Position numbers and translations under genes: made by a program. The notes under the pieces are model-generated. The model was not told where the DNA came from, made no database searches, and worked only from the letters and a program-made list of their open reading frames with translations. A stretch of DNA of 49,951 nt from Candidatus Iainarchaeum sp. (GTDB lineage Archaea > B1Sed10-29 > WALL01), in assembly GCA_021162685.1 (NCBI GenBank), contig JAGGYF010000015.1, positions 1 through 49,951 on the forward strand. The letters run 5' to 3'. Below, in pieces: positions 9,672 to 17,345 of the stretch; positions within the stretch are counted from its first letter, which is position 1, and each line of letters opens with the position of its first letter.

Positions 9672-10345
9672 TGGATACTACAATCAATGGTCTTGAATGC
9701 TCAATACATGAACCAGAAACATATAAATCAATAATTATCATGTGTAATGGATTTAATGCACCGAAGGATAGTCCACATAGGATAAGAATTGCTAATTACC
9801 TTTTCCAACATAACTATAGGATTGTACGTTGGGATTATAGAAGCAGAACAACAGGCAAACCAACAAAAACCCTTACAGAAGATCTAAACGATCTGTTACT
9901 TCTTATCAATCATTTTGATGCATCTGGCATATATGGTTCAAGTTGGGGAGGGCTGTTAGCACTACATGCAGCATCCAGAAACAAAAACATAAGGGCAATT
10001 GTATTGAGGGTCCCAGTTATTGAACCAAACCATTTCAAAAACAATCCAGAACTTCTAAATAACCCATTACTGGCTGAAAATTTCCTTGAGGATTTTTTAT
10101 CATACAACACCTACAGAGATAGCTTGAAGAGAAAGTTCGCTACTCTCCTGTTTGCAGGAAAACACGATGATATTTGTCCGTTGGAATATGCAAAGAGATT
10201 ATTTAGTCTTCTTCCGCAGCCAAAAAAGCTAATTGTTTTAGATGAAGGCCACCAATGGAGCGAGCAATCTTATACAACACTCTCAGAAGAATCTATAAAA
10301 TGGTTCAACACTTATCTTTCAAAAACATCCTCAAACTTTAGATGA
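9668..10345 (+). CDS. Alpha/beta hydrolase
   Basis: GSSWGG nucleophile elbow, GKHDD Asp, EGH His. Confidence 0.85.
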   Translation: MMDTTINGLECSIHEPETYKSIIIMCNGFNAPKDSPHRIRIANYLFQHNYRIVRWDYRSRTTGKPTKTLTEDLNDLLLLINHFDASGIYGSSWGGLLALHAASRNKNIRAIVLRVPVIEPNHFKNNPELLNNPLLAENFLEDFLSYNTYRDSLKRKFATLLFAGKHDDICPLEYAKRLFSLLPQPKKLIVLDEGHQWSEQSYTTLSEESIKWFNTYLSKTSSNFR

Positions 10346-10731
10346 TAATCATATGGCTTAAACACAATAGTTTTTGCCCTTTTTCTATCAAGTTGTGCTG
10401 CCAAAAATTCTCTAGGATAAAAACATAGACGCTTCCTTCTCTTGTCATTTTCATCCTTTCTCCCTCTCCAATGTATAACTACATATGGCTCTGCTCCTGC
10501 TGCATCTGCCTTAGCAATCAACTTAACAATCTCATCTCTTGGAATCCTAAACTCTTCTTTATCTGTGTTTTTACATTCTAAGAAAACTGTTGTGTAATAC
10601 TTCCTAGAAGATGCGATAATGTCAACCCCTTTTGATGATGGAGCCCTCTGTGCAAACCACTGACTTGTCTTGTTTATCCTATTAACCAGCATTTTTTCAA
10701 GTGCGTACCCTTTTTTGTACTTTGTCTGCAT
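10312..10731 (-). CDS. hjc: Archaeal Holliday junction resolvase (PD-(D/E)xK)
   Basis: KG..LE, RAPSS, VDIIA, FLECK motifs. Confidence 0.82.
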   Translation of the reverse strand: MQTKYKKGYALEKMLVNRINKTSQWFAQRAPSSKGVDIIASSRKYYTTVFLECKNTDKEEFRIPRDEIVKLIAKADAAGAEPYVVIHWRGRKDENDKRRKRLCFYPREFLAAQLDRKRAKTIVFKPYDYHLKFEDVFER

Positions 10732-11734
10732 TACGTTCCCTCATCTCCTCAAAATTCATCCCCTTTTCAACAACATCTAATAGCTTTTTCGGATCAAATT
10801 GTATCTTATATTTTTTCCTTTTGTTGTCTTTGCAATCGTATGTGTTAAGGAATTCTGCAAGATTTTTCGCATTTATCTCCCTATCCGGATTATCCGGGGC
10901 CAATGCTTTTTTAAGAACACGCGTAGCAGATATTAATAAGTGTATCTGGTACCGCCATTCTAAGTTAGGAAGATAATAATCAGCAATTTGTTTTACTAAC
11001 TTTTTCTCTGATTCTCTAAGCAGGTCCTCTCTGACCATTGCCCACCCACTAGTTTCATGTATTATGGCTAAAACACTGACCAGATTATTGTACACTGAAT
11101 CATAATGTTTTAGTCTGGCGCGCGCTTCCCTTTCTTCCATCCAATCCAATTCATCTCTGAGTTTTGACATAGGCTCGGGATGTGCATATGTCGCCAGCAT
11201 ACTCTCAAGTTCGCGCGAATAAAACTTGTTCAAAAACATAGCGCTCATACGTTCAAAGGCGTCTTTATCCAGGAATATCTTCACCATCTTCTTCCCTTTC
11301 AACGCACCACTGTCTAATGTTGTTACCTCTAGGTCCCCTTCTTTCATCAACCTTTTTATGAAATCATCTTTTTTATCAACATAAAACACAGGGTAGTAGT
11401 AGTCAGTTCTATTCCTCCATTTGTTCACATGGAGTGGCAGGTCTGAGAGATCTTCCATAAGATCAAATTTATCCATAATACCATGGTACAAGATATGGAG
11501 TTGCGGTTTCTTCCCATCTGTTTCTTCCACCCCTTTGCATCTTATGGATATCTTATTATTCCGCTCTTTATCTATAATCTGCAGCACATAAGCGAAATTT
11601 TTTTCGTCAAGTGACTCCCTTCTTTTTATCTTTTCAAATAATCTTCTAAGTCTGCTGCGCCGCTCTTTTCCCCCCTTTTTTACAATAATATTTTCTGTCA
11701 ACCTCTTTATCCTTTCCTCTAATTCTGGTTTCAT
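10697..11734 (-). CDS. Hypothetical basic protein, paralog of 12340-13188
   Basis: Long ORF with AT-rich promoter-like tract upstream of ATG 11734; shares YYPV, D.G.LKG.K and I.ET.G.A motifs with the paralog. Confidence 0.7.
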   Translation of the reverse strand: MKPELEERIKRLTENIIVKKGGKERRSRLRRLFEKIKRRESLDEKNFAYVLQIIDKERNNKISIRCKGVEETDGKKPQLHILYHGIMDKFDLMEDLSDLPLHVNKWRNRTDYYYPVFYVDKKDDFIKRLMKEGDLEVTTLDSGALKGKKMVKIFLDKDAFERMSAMFLNKFYSRELESMLATYAHPEPMSKLRDELDWMEEREARARLKHYDSVYNNLVSVLAIIHETSGWAMVREDLLRESEKKLVKQIADYYLPNLEWRYQIHLLISATRVLKKALAPDNPDREINAKNLAEFLNTYDCKDNKRKKYKIQFDPKKLLDVVEKGMNFEEMRERNADKVQKRVRT

Positions 11735-11785
11735 ACCTATTCCCATCAAGATATTTTTATACATATACATTTAAAACTTTTTGCA

Positions 11786-12319
11786 CTAAAACAACGATAC
11801 GATGGAGATCCCAGCACTAACCACCAATGCATACCTTGTTAATTTACCAAGAAAGCAAGCAAGCGCAAACAGTTTATAGTCATATTTGTAATAACCAGCA
11901 ACGATATCAAATAAAAACATAGGTAGGGGGGTTACTGCGCCCAGATATATGGCAGCAAATCCCCACTTTCTTATAAGTTTTACATACGGCCGTGCATGCC
12001 TATGTTTTGCAAGGTTTCTCAGCTTCTTTTTTCGCTTCCTTTTCATCTCCAATTTCTTCCTTATCCAGTTTGTGAACCTATGCACTGCATCATAATATCT
12101 CTCTGCCAACTCATGTCCACCTAAACCTAGTGCATATACTGTTGATTCCCCCAATGTTGCTCCAGTCGCAGCCACAACCAACCACAATGGAATATTCACA
12201 TTCATCCCAGATAATGCCAAGACCAAGAGTTCAAAGGGTAATGGCAGAAGAGTATTGGATACAAATGCAGCTATGAAAAAACCTATAATCCCAAACTGGG
12301 CAACAAGCCAATCAAGCAT
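11786..12319 (-). CDS. DedA/VTT (YqaA-like) membrane protein
   Basis: AAFVSNTLLPLPFE, GATLGESTVYALG, TPLP, GKLTRY motifs. Confidence 0.85.
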   Translation of the reverse strand: MLDWLVAQFGIIGFFIAAFVSNTLLPLPFELLVLALSGMNVNIPLWLVVAATGATLGESTVYALGLGGHELAERYYDAVHRFTNWIRKKLEMKRKRKKKLRNLAKHRHARPYVKLIRKWGFAAIYLGAVTPLPMFLFDIVAGYYKYDYKLFALACFLGKLTRYALVVSAGISIVSLF

Positions 12320-12339
12320 GGATTAAAAGAGAGAATCAT

Positions 12340-13188
12340 TTAATAAAAGCCTTTTCTTTTCATATGATCTCCTTTTGCAAGCTCCCTCCATCTCCTCAGA
12401 TTTTGTGGACTCTCTTTTATTCCAATATGTTTAAGTATGGAGTGGAACCTCTCAATCGCTTCATCTTCGCCAGATATAAGCGAGGTATAAATTATTTTCC
12501 TCAAAATCCCCCTGGCGCTTCTGCTCATGTATGGGAGGTGCTTTTCCATTTTTTCTTCAATCATATCAATCTCATCTGGGCTTAGGTCCCTAATTGCAAT
12601 AAGCGCAGTGCCGTTTGTTTCTTTTATGACATTTATTATCCCCCTTAGTGCTTTCTTCTCTGCATTACTCAACCTGAAGGGTTTTCCAGACATGCCTCTT
12701 TTGATAGATACAGCAGCAGTCTTTGCTACACTTATGCTAACTAGATCATCTCTTAGTGCATCAAATACATCACTACTTAGTGGAATAATTGCTTCTTTAA
12801 GTCCCTTCAAAACCCCTCTATCTATTACCCTCTTTTTTACAGGCATATGGCGCCCATCCAAAACGGGATAGTACTTTTTGTCTTTAAGTACAACCGCGTG
12901 TTCCTCATATGGCAGTACAAGGTCCTTTTTGACATTCTCATCTATTGTAACCCTTCTTTTTCCACTTCTATAATCATACCTTTTTCGTATGGTTTTACCA
13001 TCATGGAACGTAACTAGTGTTATCCTTCCTCTCCCACCTGCTCTCACAAATACAATCCGGTGTATTGGCTCCTCCAAGGTGGTTGGCGTATATCCCCTGG
13101 GTATGCTACGGATGAATCTTTTGATAGGCACATGTTTTTCCACAACAGCAATATGCCTATTCAAAAACTTAATAATCTTATTGGCCAT
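12340..13188 (-). CDS. Hypothetical basic protein, paralog of 10697-11734
   Basis: 282-aa ORF directly downstream of hisS; motifs shared with the paralog. Confidence 0.7.
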   Translation of the reverse strand: MANKIIKFLNRHIAVVEKHVPIKRFIRSIPRGYTPTTLEEPIHRIVFVRAGGRGRITLVTFHDGKTIRKRYDYRSGKRRVTIDENVKKDLVLPYEEHAVVLKDKKYYPVLDGRHMPVKKRVIDRGVLKGLKEAIIPLSSDVFDALRDDLVSISVAKTAAVSIKRGMSGKPFRLSNAEKKALRGIINVIKETNGTALIAIRDLSPDEIDMIEEKMEKHLPYMSRSARGILRKIIYTSLISGEDEAIERFHSILKHIGIKESPQNLRRWRELAKGDHMKRKGFY

Positions 13189-13196
13189 ATTCTCTA

Positions 13197-14462
13197 TTAC
13201 TCACTTCCTATTTTAATACTATTTGCAAGTTCCTCAATTTTCACCTTCCTCTCTTTTCCAGATACCATATCTCTAACAGTTACCTCTCCATCTTTCAGCT
13301 CTTTTGGCCCAACAATGACACAATACCTTATGCCTTTTGCATTCACATATTCAAACTGCTTTCTCAGATTTCTTTCCATAACGTCTGTTTCAACGCAGAA
13401 ACCAGAAGAGCGCAATTGCGTTGCAATTTTTAGCGCCTCCACCCTAACATCCTTATTCACGGGTGCGACATATACCTCAGTCTTTTTCAACTCTGGGAAC
13501 AAACCCTGTTCTTCCATCAATTGTATGACCCTTTCAACACCATATGATATGCCTGTTGCAGGCGTTTTTCTTCCACCATATAACTCAATCATGTTATCAT
13601 AACGGCCTCCACCCCCACAAGACCATTTACCTCCTGCTTTTATCTCAAAAACCAAGCCAGTATAATACTCCAGTCCCCTAACAATACTCAGGTCAAGTTC
13701 TAGATAATTATCAATCCCCATTGCTTTTGCTATTGAGAATAATTCATCAATCTCTTCTGCTCCTTCCTTTCCAATATCAAATGCTTTAAATTCCTCTTTT
13801 ATTCTGTTCTCCTCTATCAGTTCCATAAGCTTTTCAGCATTTGGTACCTCTCTTTGCTCAAGCTCTTCTTTTACACCATCCCAACCTATCTTATCCAATT
13901 TATCAATGCTTCTGAACGCGTCTAATGTTTTTTCTTTTGGTATGCCTGCAGCCAATATCAATGCCTCAAGAATCTTTTTGTTGTTTACTTTGATCTTGAA
14001 CTCCTTGAATCCAAGTGCTTTGAAAACATCTATACTGCATTGGATTACTTCAAAATCAGCCATAACAGATGGACTACCAAAGATATCTATATCTGCTTGG
14101 GTAAATTCTCTATACCTTCCAGCCTGTGGCCTATCATACCTCCAAACCTTATCAATACAATACCTTTTGAATGGCTTAACAAGTTCTGGTTTTGAAGCAA
14201 CAACCCTTGATGTTGGTACAGTTAGATCAAACCGTAATCCAAGTTCCCTTCCAGATTTGTCTTTAAAGTAATATATCTCATCCTTTATTGCCTCTCCTCC
14301 ACCTCCCTTCGCAGCCAGTAGTTCAAAACTCTCAACTGCGGGTGTTTCCATGGGTTCAAACCCATATCTCTGAAAAACCTCTTCCATTACAGAGAACACA
14401 TACTTTCGTTTGCGCATATCCTCTGGAAGAAAATCCCTCATACCACGAACAGTTTGATACAT
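13197..14462 (-). CDS. hisS: Histidyl-tRNA synthetase
   Basis: RGMRDF, LRFDLT, WRYDRPQAGRYREFTQ, RGLEYYTG, GGGRYD; anticodon-binding domain. Confidence 0.98.
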   Translation of the reverse strand: MYQTVRGMRDFLPEDMRKRKYVFSVMEEVFQRYGFEPMETPAVESFELLAAKGGGGEAIKDEIYYFKDKSGRELGLRFDLTVPTSRVVASKPELVKPFKRYCIDKVWRYDRPQAGRYREFTQADIDIFGSPSVMADFEVIQCSIDVFKALGFKEFKIKVNNKKILEALILAAGIPKEKTLDAFRSIDKLDKIGWDGVKEELEQREVPNAEKLMELIEENRIKEEFKAFDIGKEGAEEIDELFSIAKAMGIDNYLELDLSIVRGLEYYTGLVFEIKAGGKWSCGGGGRYDNMIELYGGRKTPATGISYGVERVIQLMEEQGLFPELKKTEVYVAPVNKDVRVEALKIATQLRSSGFCVETDVMERNLRKQFEYVNAKGIRYCVIVGPKELKDGEVTVRDMVSGKERKVKIEELANSIKIGSE

Positions 14463-14491
14463 GCTATCACCTTCTCACTCCATATTTTTAT

Positions 14492-16009
14492 TTATTTCAT
14501 TTTACCTATCTCACTTTCAACTGCTTTTAGTATCCTCCCTTGCTTTACGACCTTACTTAGCCTCTCTATGTCCTTATATAGTGGTCTATCCTCACCCAAA
14601 AATTTCACATATTTTCTGACCTCATCATATGCTGCTTTTACTCCTTTTCCAGGTTCGCCCCCTCTAAAATCTAATGCTTGGGCAGCTGCCAATAGCTCAA
14701 TAGCAACAACAGCCGCTGTGTTATCAATAATCTTTTTCGTTTTCAATGCAGTGTTCATCCCCATGGACACAAAATCCTCCTGGTCAGCAGCTGTTGGTAT
14801 ACTTCCAATTGCAGCAGGTGTGGAGAGCACTCTATTCTCATTTACTAGGAACGCAGCCGTGTACTGGGGAATCATTATACCAGAGTACATGCCTGCTCCC
14901 TCTATAAGAAATGCTGGTAATCCTTGGTTCAAATTTGGGTTTATGAGCCTGTTTAACCTTCTTTCTGATATCACGGATACTGTGGTTATGCCTATTCCAA
15001 GTAATTCCAAAGGCAATGCTATTGGAGTGCCCTGGAAGTTTGCGCCAGTAAGATACACCCCATCTGGGAAGAACAATGGATTGTCTGCGCCACCATTCAA
15101 CTCTATCTCAACCTGTTTCTTCACAAATGCGATGATATCTTTTACAGTACCCACTACCTGAGGGGTGCTCCTTATAGAATATGCATCCTGTACTCTCTCC
15201 TGCTTCACCAATATCTCAGAACCCTCTATTAACCTTCGTATGTTTTCTGCTGATTTTATCCCACCTGGAAACCCCCTTGCCTTTAGTATCCTCTCATCAA
15301 ACGCCATCGTAACAGCTTTCAATGCCTCAAAACTCATAGCTGCTGCAATCTCAGAGGTTTTTGTTATCACATCAGCATCGTATATCTCTAATGCAGCCAT
15401 ACCTGTAATCAGTTGTGAGCCGTTTATTGCAGCCAAACCATCTCTTATCTCAAACCTTATTGGTTCAATACCCGCTTTCCTCAGCGCGTCTTTACCCTCC
15501 ATTCGCTCTCCATTGTAAAATGCTTCCCCCTCCCCTATCAACACCAACATAGCTTGTGCCAGAGGCGCTAGATCACCGCATGCTCCAACACTTGCAGGAT
15601 ACATTACTGGTGTTATACCTCTGTTCATTATCTCAATCATCTTTTCAACAACCTCAGTGCGTATCCCAGATATCCCTTTACATAGGGTATTTATTCGTGC
15701 AGTAATGGCAGCTCTTACATATTCCTCTTCCACAGGTTCTCCATAACCTGCTGCGTGACTATAAACCAAATACTTTTGGAATTCCCTTGCCTGCTGTTCT
15801 GTTAATATGACATCAGCTAGCTCTCCTATCCCCGTTGTTGTACCATACACTGCTACCTTTTTCTCAAACAGTTTCTCAACCGTTTCTCTACTTCTTTTTA
15901 TCCTCTCTTTGGTACTCTCATCTATCTCAATCCTCTCTTTCCATCTTGCAATTCTCACAATCTTTTCTACTGTTAATGTTTTTCCATCAAGTTTAATCAT
16001 CTTTCTCAC
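14492..16009 (-). CDS. hutH: Histidine ammonia-lyase (MIO family; start GTG 16009 or ATG 16000)
   Basis: VYGTTTGIG, SHAAG (HAL-type SH), SVGACGDLAPL, VQDAYSIR, DNP, GANFQG, QEDFVSMG. Confidence 0.9.
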   Translation of the reverse strand: MRKMIKLDGKTLTVEKIVRIARWKERIEIDESTKERIKRSRETVEKLFEKKVAVYGTTTGIGELADVILTEQQAREFQKYLVYSHAAGYGEPVEEEYVRAAITARINTLCKGISGIRTEVVEKMIEIMNRGITPVMYPASVGACGDLAPLAQAMLVLIGEGEAFYNGERMEGKDALRKAGIEPIRFEIRDGLAAINGSQLITGMAALEIYDADVITKTSEIAAAMSFEALKAVTMAFDERILKARGFPGGIKSAENIRRLIEGSEILVKQERVQDAYSIRSTPQVVGTVKDIIAFVKKQVEIELNGGADNPLFFPDGVYLTGANFQGTPIALPLELLGIGITTVSVISERRLNRLINPNLNQGLPAFLIEGAGMYSGIMIPQYTAAFLVNENRVLSTPAAIGSIPTAADQEDFVSMGMNTALKTKKIIDNTAAVVAIELLAAAQALDFRGGEPGKGVKAAYDEVRKYVKFLGEDRPLYKDIERLSKVVKQGRILKAVESEIGKMK

Positions 16010-16342
16010 CTCGTATAGGGCCCAAGCCGGGATTCAGCGTCCCTAGGGGGGCACATCCCCTCTGGACTCTTTTCATCACCCTTTCCAGGGCCCAAGCCGG
16101 GATTTGAACCCGGGCCAGCAGATCCACAGTCTGCTATGCTGCCTACTACACCACTTGGGCCGCATTCTTTCACGTTTTTAGAAATAGGTTTTCCTTGCTC
16201 GTTGTTAGGTTTGGTTATCACTATCTGTTCCCCATCAAATACAGCAAGAACCTCGTCAGCAATGCCAAGCGATTCACGTGCTTCCAAGGGCAGAACTAGC
16301 CTAAACTTCTTATCTAGCTTTATTCTCCAAGCCTTTGTGAAG
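16006..16342 (-). CDS. AbrB/SpoVT-type DNA-binding domain, copy 2; no canonical start before the first strand; frame continues through tRNA-His
   Basis: ...WRIKLDKKFRLVLPLEARESLGIADEVLAVFDGEQIVITKP; lies in the +1 frame relative to the racemase 3' end. Confidence 0.6.
16017..16104. repeat. 18-bp perfect direct repeat of the tRNA-His 3' end (16017-16034 and 16087-16104), att-like
   Basis: agggcccaagccgggatt occurs twice, 70 bp apart. Confidence 0.9.
16089..16161 (-). tRNA. tRNA-His (GTG) with encoded G-1; CCA not encoded
   Basis: G-GCCCAAG/CTTGGGC-C acceptor stem; GCAGA-CTGTGGA-TCTGC anticodon arm; CCGGG-TTCAAAT-CCCGG T arm. Confidence 0.97.
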
Positions 16343-17029
16343 TAACTCCCCCCTATAAGACCGCGTTACTGCGGCTTCTGCAAGTACTTGCAATGAATCA
16401 ATTAGTGTTATGTCGCAATCCCCTTGTCTCAATACGATAGGAAGTTCCGTACACCCCAAAATAATTGCCTCAATCTTCTTATCTTTAAGGTCTTCAATTA
16501 CTTGAAGTAATCTCTCTTTTTTCTCTCTTTTTTTGCCTGCTATAATATTCATTATGCATTCAGTGACTATCTCTTGTTGTTTTCTATTTGGCACTATGCA
16601 TTGTATCCCCCTTTTTTCAAGGGCATTTTTGTACGCACCCATCTTAATAGTAGTTTCCGTTGCGAGAAGACCAACCCTTCTAAATCCTCTTTTTTCACAA
16701 GCTTTTGCTGTCTCCTCAATGATACTCATTATGGAGATCTCACTTTCCAACCTCTTCGCAAAGATTGATGCTGTATTGCATGGAATACAAACGAAGTCCG
16801 CACCATAGCTTTTAAGGGACACGCATCCACCAGCTAAAAACCTAAGTAAGACATCCTCGTTTCCCTTTTCTGAGATAACATCAACAGTAGGTAAATTTAA
16901 GATTATGATAGGTGGAAAATCCTCATTCTTTTTTGCGCCGAACTTCGTTTGGCAGATAGATATCATCCTTCTGTAAAACTCTCCTGTGGCTTCTGGCCCC
17001 ATTCCTCCCAATACTCCAATGGTTTCCAT
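16310..17029 (-). CDS. Cofactor-independent amino-acid racemase (Asp/Glu racemase, RacX/YgeA-like); in frame with the upstream AbrB domain
   Basis: METIGVLGGMGPEAT, IPCNTA and ILGCTEL catalytic Cys pair, GLLAT. Confidence 0.9.
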   Translation of the reverse strand: METIGVLGGMGPEATGEFYRRMISICQTKFGAKKNEDFPPIIILNLPTVDVISEKGNEDVLLRFLAGGCVSLKSYGADFVCIPCNTASIFAKRLESEISIMSIIEETAKACEKRGFRRVGLLATETTIKMGAYKNALEKRGIQCIVPNRKQQEIVTECIMNIIAGKKREKKERLLQVIEDLKDKKIEAIILGCTELPIVLRQGDCDITLIDSLQVLAEAAVTRSYRGELLHKGLENKAR

Positions 17030-17246
17030 TTTACCTATCTCTTCACAGTTTCTAGAGATCAATGTTCCCTTTTCTCCATTGGGCTTGGATAGAACCAGTG
17101 AATTGCCAATAACCTTAATTTCAACCGAGTCAGTTACTCCGAGCTTTTCTCTTGCCATGAGGGGTAGAACTAGCCTAAACTTCTTGTCTAGCTTTACCCT
17201 GAATGTAAAGCCACCTCCAAACCCGCCTCCTTGAAGGCAGGTGAAG
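17030..17246 (-). CDS. AbrB/SpoVT-type DNA-binding domain, copy 1; fused in frame to the racemase; no canonical start before the first strand
   Basis: FRVKLDKKFRLVLPLMAREKLGVTDSVEIKVIGNSLVLSKP; about 31 bp (17166-17196) nearly identical to copy 2 (16292-16322). Confidence 0.65.
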
Positions 17247-17267
17247 TGAATCGCCTTTCATAGTCAT
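17175..17267 (-). CDS. 30-aa leader ORF (MTMKGDSLHLPSRRRVWRWLYIQGKARQEV*)
   Basis: ATG about 25 bp downstream of a BRE-TATA; overlaps the AbrB frame out of phase. Confidence 0.5.
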   Translation of the reverse strand: MTMKGDSLHLPSRRRVWRWLYIQGKARQEV

Positions 17268-17291
17268 CCCGTAATGTTATGTTATTCCCAC

Positions 17292-17306
17292 TATATAAAT
17301 GTTTTT
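17292..17306 (-). promoter_or_regulatory. BRE-TATA promoter for the histidine locus
   Basis: Minus strand reads AAAAACA-TTTATATA; spacing predicts a TSS near 17270. Confidence 0.65.
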
Positions 17307-17345
17307 GCACGAAGTATTTTATGCTCCAAAAAACTAAAAGAAAGC

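Noticed and set aside
14454-15518. Long antisense ORFs opposite hutH, and similar ones elsewhere
   Set aside because: F/S/L-rich mirrors of the coding strand with no motifs
16017-17200. Intact integrative element at tRNA-His
   Set aside because: No integrase; the att-like repeats enclose only 52 bp; the AbrB duplication is upstream of the tRNA
16162-17200. Type II toxin-antitoxin pairs based on the AbrB domains
   Set aside because: No PIN, MazF or other toxin gene is adjacent
17274-17345. N-terminal extensions given in the ORF track (amrS 17274; also 3008, 7111, 19806, 32149)
   Set aside because: They overlap promoters or neighbouring genes; downstream starts fit the family N-termini
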